Under the pieces are notes generated by a model. It was not told the DNA's origin. It ran no database searches and was given only the letters and a program-made list of their open reading frames with translations. The translations under genes were made by a program, and so were the position numbers. A stretch of 64,000 bases of DNA, from NCBI GenBank assembly GCA_951406725.2, contig OX597814.1, positions 153,140,001-153,204,000 on the forward strand. The letters run 5' to 3'. Below, piece by piece: positions 27,269-44,094 of the stretch (position 1 is its first letter; each line of letters opens with the position of its first letter). The DNA is from Octopus vulgaris (taxonomy: Eukaryota).

Positions 27269-29183
27269 ATTTTTTATCAACCTCAGTAAAACGAAAAAAC
27301 AAAGCTGACCGCAGAAATACCTTAACTCAAAACATATGGCTTCTCAATCTTCTAGATACAGTAATTAACTTACCCTCAATTCACAGCTTACCATCTCAAA
27401 GAAACAAAATAAAAAGTGAGAGACAGACAGATAGAGAATCAGCAGTAAACAGAGAACAATGTAGTTCTGAGAGAATAAACAAAATGGTCAAGTACGGAAC
27501 TCCTTTGATGACTCAATCGTTTAATCCTTTTGCATTCAGATTAGCGTCAAATGTAATGCATATTTATTCACATTCTTTTGAATTAACCTTGCAATATCTT
27601 GTAACTTCAAGATTTTGATGAAGTGATCATTTAATTTTTAGAATGACATTTTGAAATGACATTCTGAGAGACCAGATATGACTAGTTTCGAGCATAAAAA
27701 TAAAGAATATTTGGACCAGATATGGTTTCGGGTGAAATACTGAAGAGTTAAACCTAGATTTAAACAAATTCAACTCAATAAAATGAGAACAAATATAGTA
27801 AATCTTTGTAATTTCAAAAGCAAAACACTGCAGTTGCCAAACATGTTTACAAATAAATTGGCATCAATTTTCATACACCAAAAAAAAAAAAGAACCTTAA
27901 ACACTAATACTGGCAAAATAGTCACAATGTGTATGTATATATATATATATGAGACATCATATTGATGAATACATTGCTTTGCAGAAATCATTCCAAGTCC
28001 AACAAAGATCAAATTTGCCTTTCATCCTTTTGAGCACTGGGATAAATTCTTTCCTTTCTTCAACACCTAACAGTGCTTTTGTTTCCCCTCTTCTGTAAAA
28101 AAATCAGCTATAATGGAGCGGGATAGATTCGGCCAGATCTTAAAAATGCCCAAGACACTTTATGTCACAACATCACTCCTATAACACCATTCAGGAGTTT
28201 GAGAGCCCAAGGCATATCCATATGTGAGCATGTGTGTACATTGTACATGCATTTATTTTTATATGCATGTGTGTGTGAGTGTATTTATATATATATATAT
28301 ATATATACATACACATACATATACATAAATATATATATATGTATATACATACATATATATTAACACACGCACATATATATAAATAAAGGATTACAGCTGA
28401 CATAATATAATATAATAATTAGATAAAACAAATATATTTCCTACATCTTGTTTTGATTCATATCCACTAGTGAATGAATACAAAAAATTCACATTTATGT
28501 AAATAAAACTATTGGCTTACTTTATTTTCTTCTGTAAAACTAGGTAAAATTTTGATAATTTATTTATTTATATATTATTATCATTTTTATGTAAAAAATA
28601 GTATAGTTTATAATAATTGTAACTTTATACATACATTTAACATCAGTGTATTTAGGAGAAACATTTGAATTAATGAATCGTTGATTAAAAGTTTTTTTTT
28701 AATGAATTTTGTGTGTAAATAAAATATGCACTTATTTATTTTTTTGATAATTGTATACAGAAATTGAAAATATATTTCCTACTCCACCTTACTTTTTCCA
28801 AAGGCTGAAACAGTTGTAAGTGATTTTAATGATTTCAATAATCTATATTAAGGTTTTTTAAATTGTATTCTTATCTTATATGTATTGAATTTTAATGTAT
28901 ATATGTATGTTATTATGGTTCTCGTTTTCTTAGATAAATAAGATAAATTTTAATATCCTGAAGCTGATAAACCAACTAAATTGTTTCTCCATTCTCTTAT
29001 ATGTAATATGAATTAATGGTAAAATACTTTTTTACCTTCACCCATTTAATACAATAAGTAAGTTAATTGCATTGAAATTAAAAACACTTGTGTATTAATA
29101 ATTTGGGTATTATACCAACAGTATATTGGATAAGCATTATCCCTTAGTGGGTTGGATCCACAACCCCTAACTTACTTGGTGTT

Positions 29184-30400
<1,217 letters not shown>

Positions 30401-30653
30401 TCACAAATGCAACATAATAGCATCATTGTTTACACATTTCCAATATATCGATATTTCACTTCGCTGCATTTCTGTCAGAAAGACTGACAAGGAAACATCT
30501 GTAACTTGATACAGAACAAATATTTCAAGGGCCTGTATTTGAAAAGCTCCAATTTTAACAGTTTTCTCACAAGAGAATGCATCTCTGACAAATACCAAAG
30601 ATTATGCCTAAGTATTTAGTCTGGCCAGTGTCTGTCCTGACACAGTAACTATG

Positions 30654-30862
30654 GGGTTGGTGCATAATTATTGCGGCTCCTTTTCAACAAAAACATCTTT
30701 AAATGACGGTCTGACCATCTGCCAGGCAAATAGTAAGCAGTAATTTAAGTAGATAGTGAATATGCTATGGAATAATCATTTAGAGGTGTTTTTGTTACAT
30801 GTTATTTGTTTTTGTTGAATAAAATTTGTTGAAAAAAAGCCGCAATAATTATGCACCAACCC
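30654..30862. mobile_element. Mariner-type MITE
   Basis: Perfect TIR gggttggtgcataattattgcggct / agccgcaataattatgcaccaaccc. Confidence 0.8.
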
Positions 30863-31379
30863 AAAAGGATATTTGTAGTGATTTTCAAGGTAAGATATTG
30901 TTGGGGGATATATCACTATGTCATGAAGAAATCTGCCTTGTTTTGGGTTCAGTCCCACAGTGTAGCATACTAGGTATCTTGTGGTATAGCTTCAGGGCAA
31001 CAATGTCTGAATTACTTTAGTGAATACAAAACTGTACGAAGTCTGTCATAAGTATATGCATGTGTGCATGTATGCACATGTGTCTGTGAATATTTACATT
31101 CTGAGAGCTTCACATGAAGATCACTGAATAACAAGCAGCAAAGTCTGTTTTCTTCCACTAGCATTGTACTTTCAGAAATGTAGAATAATGTCTTACTTGA
31201 AAAACAGTTAAAGAATAGGAAAAGGAAGTGCATTCAATGTAATATGTATTTGTCTAACACATGCAACCATGAGAAAACGGATGTAAAAAAAACCAACAGA
31301 GATATGTGTATGTGTGTGTGCATATATATTTCAAAAATAGGTTATAAATGTGTTTATATGTAAGCATATGTGTGTGTAT

Positions 31380-31417
<38 letters not shown>

Positions 31418-32126
31418 GTACATACATAGACATATATATTCACATACTTCTATATCATCATCGTCATCATTTTAACATCCACTTTTGTTGAGATCTCCTA
31501 CAGCCAGGTACCCTCACCTGCTTCCAAGAAAGATATTTCCCCAGATATTTTACAGAGGACTGATAATGAAGAACACTGCTTTTACAGTGACAGTGCTCAT
31601 TTACAAATAGTATACAATGTCAAGATATAAAGACACAAACACACACATACTTCTTTCAGTTTCTGTTTACCAAATCCATTCACAAGAACTTGGTTGGCCC
31701 ACAGTTAGAGTGGAAGAAACCTGCCAACGATGCCATGGCAGTGGAATCCAATTCCAGTGGTTGAGGAAGTGAACTTAATTACAGTCGTATCTATTTTCAT
31801 ACATTATGCACATATATACACAGAATCACATATATATATGTGGGTCTACATACACACATTCGTGTGTGTGTGTGCATATATATAAATATATGAGACCTGT
31901 GCATATTGTAATGGAGATATTTAAAGAAAGATTTCTTCTATCTATAAGGGTACCTTATAATGCCTTATACCATTTCCCTCCTTAATCATCAACAATATTC
32001 ACAAACTTTCAACCCAAAGATTTAACATTCAATAGAGAAGTAATATGCAAAAAAAATAAATATATGTCAATATTTTTTTTATAAATAAATTTATGGCTCA
32101 AAATAAACTTTATAGCGTTGATGTTC

Positions 32127-32188
<62 letters not shown>

Positions 32189-32217
32189 CAGATATTAAAA
32201 AATAGAATGTTCAGTTA

Positions 32218-33192
<975 letters not shown>

Positions 33193-34250
33193 CTAATAAA
33201 CCGTTGTTAACAGTACTAATGGCGACAACGTGTAAGAAATATAGACAAACTAGCATGTATTATATCACATCTACATACCGGATATGTTCAGAGTTATCTA
33301 CCTTGACGCATGTCGCGTTTAGGTGAAGATATGAAGTTATGTCCTGGTAGAATAAATACCATGCATGATTCAGAAGTCATGATTTCTTCCAAGGGCAGAG
33401 GTTTTCAGAGTTTCCAAAGTTACTTCCTCCTACATTTTGAATACCCATTTAGTAACTTTTACCTATTATATTTTTACAACGGTAAATATGGAAATAGTAT
33501 ATGAAAACAAGTCTATTAATTGCAATCAAATGAAAAACTAATTATTTATTTCATTGGGTTGCGAAGTTTCCTCTTGGCTTAATGCCATTTTGTATTGCTA
33601 CGGTATGTTTCGGAGTAGAAATTGGTCGCATAAGAAATTTTTCCTCAACTTTGACCCAATTATAATTGAAGTTGTTAATAAAATATCTGGATAATTTTTG
33701 GTGTTTAACAATCAATATTCTTTTCTCTGTTGGATTCCAAGTCAATTTTATCCACACATACGTCTAATTTGATAATTTTCAAGTTTCAAATAAATGATGT
33801 CTAAAATGGGGTAAAATGAGTAATGACTACTTTCAATAATTTCTTCTCTTTAACGGCATGGTGTTAAATATATCACAAAGAAAACACTCTAGCAGATCAT
33901 GAAGAAGTTATAGAGAATATTTTATGCTGAGCGTTTTTTTTTTATTTAGTCGAGTTCCATTAATTTCATATCATTTGTACATTACTGCATATACTTTATA
34001 CGCACTTTCTGACAAGTTGTGGTGCACCTGAGCACTGTATACAATAATTTCATTATTATTATTATTATGTGCCATTTTTTTCTTATCCCCTTTCATTTGA
34101 CCTTTTAAAATTTTCTTTTTGCATTTCTGATCTTTCTGATGTCTAGGGATGGATATTGATGTGTATGAATCTGTTTTGGATGGAACTGAAGCAGCAAATT
34201 TACATTATCTTGTCTTTTATGTAAACACGCATGGAGAATATAGCAAATAT

Positions 34251-34667
34251 ATGGATCTTTTCGGTTTGAACAGCAGTTTTTAACATAATTTCTAGGTAAC
34301 TAAAATATTTTAAACTTCGTATACTGGTAGAATGTGTTTATAAAACATCTTTTTCTCTTGGCTTTATTGAGAAAATTCTATAGTTTGTAAGATATTTGTT
34401 GTTTTTTTTCTTCAATTTCTGCAATTTCAACCAATCACTGACGTCTATTGAGGTAAAAAAACATTCTGTGCCGTATGAATATGTCCCTCGTTTAAGAAAC
34501 AGATTGGGTTTATTTACATTTCTGAAGAAAAAAAGATACCCTTCCCCCCACCCCTAACCTTAAAACAGATTGAAATGCAATAGATCGATACTAGGGTCAT
34601 AATTATGGGTAACAATTTCATATGACACCGCTAGAAAAAACTGCCGTTCAAATCGAAATGATCCAAA
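34251..34667. mobile_element. MITE with ~30-bp imperfect TIRs
   Basis: tggatcttttcggtttgaacagcagttttt / aaaaactgccgttcaaatcgaaatgatcca; a paralogous empty site lies near 35050. Confidence 0.8.
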
Positions 34668-35775
34668 TATATTTCTCTGAAACAGTCCTCCCACTTGTAA
34701 GATACATATAGTAAAATACAAATAAGATCATAGACATTCTGGTATCAATTTATTTCACTTTCTGTGTTGAACCAACACTGAAAGCTCGTCAGCCAAACTT
34801 ACTCCAAAAACTATTTCAAAAAACGTTGTTCAACTGAAGGCCCCGCAACTTTCTAATGAACGTTAGTGAGCAAGTATAAATTTTAAAATTCAAATAATGA
34901 TAAAGTGGCCAGCAAACATTATTCAAATGAGCAAAATATATAACAATAAAAAGTCAGGGTATCATAAGTAGCTGCTTGCTTTAAAGAAGAGTTAAAACCC
35001 TCCAAAACCACACATCTCTCACTATATGTAAACACACATGGAGACTATAGCAAATATATTTCTCCAAAACAATCTTCCCGCTTGTATCATACAAATACAA
35101 ATAAGACCATAGATTTTGCTTTCTGTGTTGAACCAATGCTTAAAGCTTGTCAGCCAGACTTACAATGTAAACTATGTATATATCATACATATGTATCTAT
35201 GAATCATCATCATCATTTAACGTCCATTGTCCATGCTGGCATGGGTTAGGTGGTTTGACTGGGCTGGCATGCTGGAAGGCTGCACCAGACTCCAGTCTGA
35301 TTTGACATGGTTTTCTACGGCTGGATGCCTTTCCTAACTCCAACTACTCTGAGAGTGTAATAGGTGCTTTTTTGTGCCAGTGGCATGTGTGATATTTGCG
35401 TAACACTGTGCATTTACATGCCACTGGCATGGGTGCCAATTTAATTTACACCAGTATCTGCCATGGCTGCAATTTTGCTTGGCTTGATGGGTTTTCTTCT
35501 CAAGCATGACATAATGCCAAAGGTCTTAGTCATTGCCTCCATAAGGCTCAACACTCAAAAGGAACTCAGCCACTCTGCTTCCATGAGGCCCATTGCTTGA
35601 AAGGAACTCAGTCACCTCGCCTCCATGAGGCCCAATGCTTGAGAGGAACTTAGTCACTTTGCCTGCATGAGGCCCAATGTTCAAAAGTTGATTCTTTATG
35701 TGCCACCAGCATAGTATTGGTCACTAGTCATTCCCTCTATGAGGCTCAAAGGGACATTAATAATGATCTATCTTT

Positions 35776-36061
35776 AGCAAATTGGTCATCTTTACTTCTT
35801 ACAGTCGTTTCAAATAATACTCAATAATTTAGTTACAAATTTGTGCATTAAATTTGCATTTATATGACATGAGCATAATTTCATCAGAGAAAAAGGTAAA
35901 TCTTGAGATGTTACATGCCGACCTCTCAGTTCATTTCAGCAGACTGAAATGAACTGATAGATTGGCATGTAACGTCATGTAACATAAATGCACAAATTTA
36001 TAATTAAATTATTGAGTATTAACTGAAACGGCTGTAAGAAGTAAAGATAACCAATTTGTTA
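35776..36061. repeat. Nested long inverted repeat (fold-back)
   Basis: Outer arms ~35776-35847 / ~35987-36061; inner arms gttacatgcc..tcagttcatttcag / ctgaaatgaactga..ggcatgtaac. Confidence 0.88.
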
Positions 36062-36671
36062 ATAATAAATAATTATCAACTTCCTACTCTCCAATTTCTT
36101 TTCTTCATTTAACTGGATATAAACTATATCCTTAATATATACCTATTCCTTTAAGGGAATTTCATTCCCCAATAATACTAGGTATTAAACTGGTATTTCC
36201 TTGGATGTAACCATTTTTACAAGGTTAACATATCCTCTAATTAAATTATATATATTATGTGTGTATGTATGCACAGGTGTGGCTGTATGGTAAGAAGTTT
36301 ACTTTTTGACCACATGGTTTCAGGTTTGGTCTCACAGTGAGGCCCCTTATGCAAAACAAAAGTCTTGTAGATGAATTTGATAGATGGAAACTGAAAGGAT
36401 CCAATTATATGCATGTATGTGTTAACTATCTCCTTGCTCTAACCTCAAGTGATTGTTGTAAATGACTATCTCTGTCATACAAGCAGTGTCCTTCATTCCC
36501 AATCTTCCATGAAAACATGATTGGTCCTAGAGAAATGTTACCTTAAAGGTGAGGGTTAATAACAGGAAGGGCATCGATCTTAGAAAATCCACTTCAATAA
36601 AATAATGAAATTCCAGCTGAATCATGCAAACATGGAATAGTGGACATTAAAATTATATATATATATATATA

Positions 36672-37885
36672 TCATCATTTAACATTTGTTGTCCATGCTG
36701 GCTTGGTTTGGATGGTTTGACCAGGACTGGCAACCTGGAATGCTGCACCAGACCCCAGTCTGTTTTGGTAGGTTTTCTACACATAGATGCCCTTCCTAAG
36801 GCCAACCACTTTGAGAGTGTAGTGGGTGCTTTTATGTGCCACTAGCACGGTTGCCATTTGTGTGATACCTGTATCTGCTATGACTGTGGATTTACTTGGC
36901 TTGATGGGTCTTCTTCATAATGCCAAATGGACTTGGTCATTGTCTCAGTGAGGCTCAACACTTGAAGCCCAGCATAATGCCAAATGGTCTCGGTCCTTGC
37001 CTCGATAAGGCCCAACACTTAAAAGGTGCTTTTACATGCTACCAGCATGTGTGCAATTTGTTTGACACTGGTATCTGCTATGATTGTGATTTTACTGGGC
37101 TTGATAGGTCTTCTTCTCAAGTACAACATAATGCCAAAGGTCTCAGTCATTGCCTCTGTGAGACCCAACATTCAAAAGGAGCTCAACCACTTTGCCTCCG
37201 TGAGGCAAATACTCGGAAAGTGCTTTTTATGTGCCACCTGTATGGGTGCTGGTTACATGACACCAGCATCAGCCATGACTGCAATTTCACTTGGCTTGAT
37301 GGGTCTTCTCAAGCACAGCATATCGCCAAGTGTTTCAGTCACTAGTCATTGGCTCTGTGAGGCCCAAAATTCGGAGATCATGCTTCACCATCACATTGTC
37401 CTATATCTTCCTAGGTCTACCTCTACCACAGGTTCCCTCCACAATTATGGATCAGCACTTCTTTATACAGCTGTCCTTGTCCATATGCATCACATGACCA
37501 TACTAGTGCAGTTGTCTCTCTTGCACACCAAATCTGATGCCTCTTGTGCCTAACTTTTCACTCAAGATGCTTACACTGTCGAACGTGCACATCCAGCGAA
37601 GCATACTGGTTTCATTTCTTTCAAGCCTACGCATATGCTTGGCTATCACAGCCCATGTTTCACTGTCATGTAGCATAGCTGTTCACACACAGACATCATA
37701 CAATATGCCTTTCACTCTGAAAAGCCCTTTGTTGCCAGCAAAGGCAGGAGCTCTCTAAACTTTGCCCAGCCTAATCTTATTTTGGTAGTTATACTCTCAG
37801 AGCATCCATATCTGCTAACTTGATCACCTAGGTAACGAAAGCTATCCACTACCTCTAGCTTACCACTCCCATGGCAGTTGATGGA
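36672..37885 (-). mobile_element. RTE-type LINE 3' fragment with internally repeated 3' UTR
   Basis: VVDSFRYLGD..IRLGWAKFRELLPLL; (CAT)n end on the + strand. Confidence 0.8.
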
Positions 37886-38099
37886 ATCTAACAAATTGAA
37901 GTTCTTGATATATTTACAATGTATGAAAAGACTTAATTCTAAAAAATATTGATAGTCCTAATGAATTTAGTTTCAACCTTTATTTCAGCTCTCCAAGTTC
38001 TAATACTGTAGTATGGCAGTGATAATACCATACTCTGATGTTAATGTTATGGTGACTGGATTTGATGGTGGTTATCAGTATTTATTTCTGATCTGCAAT

Positions 38100-38440
38100 A
38101 ATGAAATTATTGTATAGTGCTCAGGTGCACCACAACTTGTCAAAAGTGCATATAAAGCATATGCAGTAATTTACAAATGCCTGGAAAGTGAACGGTGTAT
38201 GAGTCAGATACATGCTTGCGTGTGTATGGAGGGGAGAAAATCAGGTGTAGTGTTGGCGAATCTCAGGAAGCATGGAAGTTTTGAAGGATGCAGTGCTCTG
38301 ACAACTAACAACTGATGCCGGCAGTTTGTTCCATGCTTCAGCAACTCTTAGCATGAAAAAATGTTTCCGAAAGTCATGGGAGCTGTACTGTTTTCTGACT
38401 TTGTAAACATGTCCACGGGTGTTAGACAGATGGAGTTTTA
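38100..38440 (-). mobile_element. LINE 3' end (CR1/L2-like)
   Basis: The same 3' tail (gacaagttgtggtgcacctgagcact..aataatttcattatt) occurs in the opposite orientation at ~33975-34045. Confidence 0.5.
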
Positions 38441-39092
38441 GAATGAAAATCTTTATAAAATGTTCTTTTCCATTCTACATTCTTCTTCCTTATTTTGAAA
38501 AGGAGAAATATTTTAACCATTTAGCATTCAGATTCTCTCAAATGTAATGCATATTTATTCACATAGTTTTCAATTAATCATGCATTATCTTGTAGCTTTG
38601 AGATTTCAATGATGTGACTTATTTTTAGAATGACATTGCAAGGTAAGATTGAAAAGCCATATGGACATAAAACAGGTAGAATATTTGGGCCAGATATGGT
38701 TGGTTTAATGTTCACTCCACAAATGTCAAGATATTCACTACATGGAGGTATACCTAATAGATTAATCCCTTATGTGTTGTTTACTTGGTTCATTTTGTTC
38801 CTGTGTGATTGATTATAATTCTCATTGCACTGCAAGTATGTTATGCAGTAAATCAAACTTTTTTTTAATTACAGTTCATATTTTCATCAACTCTGAATAG
38901 TTTTCCATTCTTGAATTAGTTCACTCTGTTCAATAAAATCACATATCCCACAAATAGGGTCTTCACATAATTTCTTTTGATGTAAATCTGCCATTTGTTA
39001 AGAGACTTTTAAGATTAGGTGACAGTCTCTGACTGAATAATTTATGACTTTCACTCAGATTTGATAATGGGAGAAGGATTGCAAAATATCAT

Positions 39093-40971
39093 TTAGTGGA
39101 ATCTAAAATATTGTGGTTTGGGAATTGTAACTACATATGGCATATTTCCATTTGTGTCCTCTTCACTGCTAAAGTTTCTTCTTAAATCAGGAATTAAGAT
39201 TAGTTTTGCATTATTCATGAATTCTTCCTGATATGTTTTGTCTTTTGATGAACATTTCAATTTCTTTGTTTTCTCTGTCTATTTGAATATCTAACTATGG
39301 CACATGTCTCTTTTCTGTTTACAGGATATTTATTTTAGTATGGAATGGATGGCAAGATCTAAAATCTAATTTCTGACAACTATGAGCACAAAAGCTATAC
39401 TTATTTTTATAACACTTGTGATGAGATTTTTAGAATCAAAGAAAATAAATGACATCCAGTTTAAGATTATTTTTCATAAAAATTGATAACTCATTTAAAG
39501 CAAAATTGTAAAAAATACTTTGAAGTCTGTGTTATATTTTGGAATACAAGGAAGAACTTAAAAGATTTCACAAATGGGTCGAAAATATTCATGAATCAAT
39601 CAGTGAGCCATCAAACTTCTCTTGCCTTAATTATAAACTCCAAATTTAAAAACAAAGAAATATAAAAAAGTTACAATTCAAGTTTACCCCACAAAAAACT
39701 CATTACTTAATGTCTTTCATGCAGGCATGGGGTGGATGGCTTAACAGAAACTAGTGAGTTGCAAGGCTGCATCAAGCTCCAATGTTAGCTTTGGCATAGT
39801 TTCTACTGCTAGATGCCCTTTCTAGTGCCTTACAGTATGAACAGGCTGCTTTTTTTCATGCCACCAGCTCTAGTGAGACTAAGTAACTTGTAAGACAGGA
39901 AAAGGAGAAAGCTTCCTTGTTTAAATGGGCAAGTATTAGAAAAGGGGGAGAGATGGCTTTATACCAGGTGTTAGGAGGTTAAAGTATGATAGGACAAGCA
40001 CAGGTGTCTTGTACATAGAATTAAATAAGCACAACTAGACTATACTGAAGTGAGCTTCTACCAGCACAAAAATAAGTGGTGTTTTTTTCTTTGCCATAAC
40101 TTGTAGGCTTCTTATGGTTGGAGAAAAATTTAGTATTTTGATATCTAAATACATCTATTACATAAAGAGCTGAAGATGTAACCTTGATATCATAGAGTCA
40201 TGAAAAACAAAAACTAAAGCAACACAAAAGGTAATCAGATGCAGCAATAAACTAAGTTAATAAAGAGCTTATCCTTACAAACTTACATCTGTATCAAAAT
40301 TTAACAAAAATCTTGTATTACAGCTTGAAGTTAGAGAGAGATTCACAAATTAAAAGGTAACAAGGAAAGAATGAGCATTGCTTGATTAATATTAGCTGAT
40401 ATGCCAAGGTGGGAAATAATACATCTTTAGCGATATACAAACTGTAAGCTCTATCAACTATAAAAATACAGAAAACATTTCCAATGTTTTTTGTCTTTTT
40501 CTGAATACCTGGTGATTGAAATTTAAAAAAAAAGGAAAGATACCCTACTTGCCATTTCAATTTAGCAATCTAACTGACTTTTCCCATATTTGCTCACTTA
40601 CATACTCCATTTTTATAATTTTTTCATGCTAACATAGGTTAGACAGCAGTGTCTCACTCCTAATCGAGACACCTCATCATCTGATATGTACAACAGAGAA
40701 AACATCCAATCTTTGTAGTTCTGTATCACACATTTTGAGATGAACCAAGTGAAGTTGTCTGGTACAGGTGAGATCTTAGTTATCAAGGACAGCCAAATGT
40801 TACTTTTATGTAATTTTATATTACAATTGACAATCTTTTGAAACTTTTCAACTTTAAAATATATGCTAGTCATTTTTTAAATTTCATTTTTAGACTGTAG
40901 CAATATTTTCAAACAAGATTTAAATTTCAGAATCCAGAATTTCACTGTAATTTGGATTACATACAAGCAAC
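39093..40971 (-). pseudogene. Spliced gene-like locus B: C-type-lectin-like single-pass membrane protein with in-frame stops (5' end not found)
   Basis: Phase-1 exons 40971-40606, 40508-40287 and 39625-~39093 with GT-AG sites; motifs CLY..FW..C, IWLSL, FTW..NYKDW, LICE, PICE; TM-like stretch 39425-39348; 61-codon open tail. Confidence 0.55.
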
Positions 40972-42378
40972 CTATAGGGAAATGAGGAATAAGAGAAATT
41001 TTACTAATTGTATACTGAAGTAAATCACTATTATTCGAGCTAACAAAAGCCTTTAAATGGTTGTTAGGCCAACTAGAAATAGCAGGCTATTATATTACAG
41101 TAATGATTCTAAAATATTTATAAACATCTCTTTGGCCTCCATCTGTTATTAATGACCATGGACGAAGGTTCTAGTTGTCCACCCTACAGGTCTCTGTAAC
41201 ACTTGTGGGCTGTTCCAGCACTGCTTGGGATGTATTAGTTCTTTTTCTCTAGTACAAGGTGTTCAATAGAATTCAAGCCTGGGCAATACGGTACAGAGAA
41301 CAGATTGTTGCCAAAGTGCTGTGTCCCCCTTCTTCACATCATTGATGGATCCAAAGGAACAGCAGAGCCATTACAATTTGGTACCAACACCATCATAGGA
41401 ACTGCTAGAATGACGTTCTAGACAACATTGAACTGCTCAGACTCCTAATTTTTCCTCGGGGCTTACTCCCAAAACCTTTCCCATGGTTGAGTATGGCCAC
41501 AAAACAGTGGAGTTTTGAAATCAAGGTTTTCCTTCACCTTGATGGGTTATCCCCTACCCAAGTTGCTAATTAACCCACACCTGGAACCCTGATAGATGCT
41601 ACTACTCCCAGTCAGAATAGACCCGTGAACAATAGTGGCTAAGAGATGGTTCCACACCCCTCAAAATCTGAGAACTCCTGAACCACTACAGGATGAAGTT
41701 TAAAGTTTACTAAAATTAAAAGACAGGTAAATACTGCAAAGTGTTTCATCTGGTATTCTACAAAATCTGCCAGTTTATCATTCTCTTTAGACCAAATAAT
41801 TCTTTTTTTAAATGCTGAAATATAAAATATCACAGAGAAAAAAAATATTTTGTCATGCTCTTCATACTCCTTCACCAGCAAATTCACAAATTAAATAGTA
41901 AATCATATTTTATTATTAGTATTTCTTTTTTAACTTGACAAACAAATAAATGAGAACAAATATGACTTTTTTTCCTTCCAAATTGATTTTTCTTTTATAG
42001 ATCACAGTTTCAGCAATAAAAATACATCTTTTGACAATTGTCTGGTTGGGTTTTGTTCAATATAGATGTAACTTGATACTGTCCAAGTTTACATAAATTA
42101 ATGAAGTAGAGAGGGGAATTATTTATTAGGGGTGAGTTAAAGTTTACTTATGAATGTAGAAAGAAAGAATTAGTTAGGTATGTATAGGAGAGTGTATATG
42201 CACTTTGTAAAGGGAAGTATGTATAAATGTACAGGAATGTTTTTGTGTGATTGGTGTGCAAAAATGTATAACAAGTACTGATGACACAATGAGATTGTTA
42301 CTTAAGAACAGATAATAGTTGTTTAGTTGAACTGGTAAATCACATTTACTAAGTTTTATAAAATTCCATTGCAAACTC

Positions 42379-42424
<46 letters not shown>

Positions 42425-44063
42425 AAACGTTCATGTATGCGTAAATACACATAAACATACATATATATACACATGTATGTCTATACATACACACATATAT
42501 GTATGCATGCATATATATATATGTATATGTATGTATTATATATACGCACATGTATGCATATATCAGGCACAAATGTATATACATCTTTATACCAATTCAC
42601 ACATACAAAGCAACATAAAAACACTTTTGTTGTAACTGATCTCAAATGAAAAAAATTGTAATAATTTAAGAAAAAAACTATTACAAGAAAGTTAAAAAAA
42701 AAAGAAAAAATCTTCAAAATAGAAATATTGAGTATTCTTCAAGAACTGCTACTTTTGTTTTGAAAATGGTGGGGCATACTGATCAGTATAAGGAATATCC
42801 AAATACTAATGATTCAGCATGTCAAAGAGTAAAAAAAAAACTTATTTCTGTTGGTCTTTAAATGTGTGCACATTAGGTATGTTATATAACAATTAACACC
42901 AATTAGGTTTCTAAGAAATTTCCTGATAAAATTATATTTTTTGAATAGCACCAAGAACATCACGTTTCAAAAAGCTGCTGTAAAATCTGATTGGGTGAGA
43001 AAGATAGATAGACAGAAAAAGATTGAGAGAGAGAGACAGGAGGAGGAATAATAATAATAATAAAAATTAAAAAATCACATCTAACACCATAACAAAATCA
43101 CAAAAAGAAAAACAACTTCCAAAATAAAAAATTGGTTCTAAGAAGTCAGGAACATAAACATAAAAATAGAGATGTGTGAAGAGAGAAAACATATTTGGAG
43201 AAAGACAGAAACAAGGAATGGAAGAGTTGCCAGCTACAGGCACAGCAAGCAACTATTAAGGATTTCTAAACACAAAGTTCAGTTTAATAATGAAACTAAA
43301 TTTCTTTCCATAATTGAAACAGTTAATCTAACACAGAACAAAGCCAATGAAGTGTTAATTCAGTTACCATTATGTACACACTTATATTCATGCATGCAAA
43401 CATACATACAGGCACACACACACAAACATATTTTACATACTATATGCACTTAACTGTCAGTTTGACAAAGGGAAAATACTGCAATCATTGGATGTGTCTG
43501 TCTGGATCTGAAATACCTTGAAAATATGAGGCAGTGGAGGAGCCATACTCAATCATATTCACATACACATATCTGCACCCAAACACACACAAATATATAT
43601 TTAAAATATATATATATATACACCCTCATCATCATTTAAGATCCACTTTTGTATGCTTGCAAGGATCAGACAGAATTTGTTGAGGCAGGCTTACTATGCC
43701 TAGATGCTCTCATTGAAGCCAACCCTCATCTGTTACCAAGCAAACTAATATTTCCCCATGGCTAGACATGTTTTTCATGGAAGACTAGAAACAAATAACA
43801 CTACTTGTATGCCAGTGATGCCTATTTACAACCATCACATGATTTCAAGACAAGGGTACACACATGCACATGTATATATATATATACAATGGGCCTCCTT
43901 TGGTTTCCATATACTAAATCGATTCACAAAGTTTTGGTTGGCCCAAGGCTATATATAGATATATATATAGTCTTGGGCCAGTGTACATACATATATGTAT
44001 ACATACATATATATGTTTACATACATACAGATATACACATACATAGATATATATATACATATG

Positions 44064-44094
<31 letters not shown>

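Noticed and set aside
36920-37553. 141- and 175-aa plus-strand ORFs
   Set aside because: Antisense readings of the RTE 3' region.
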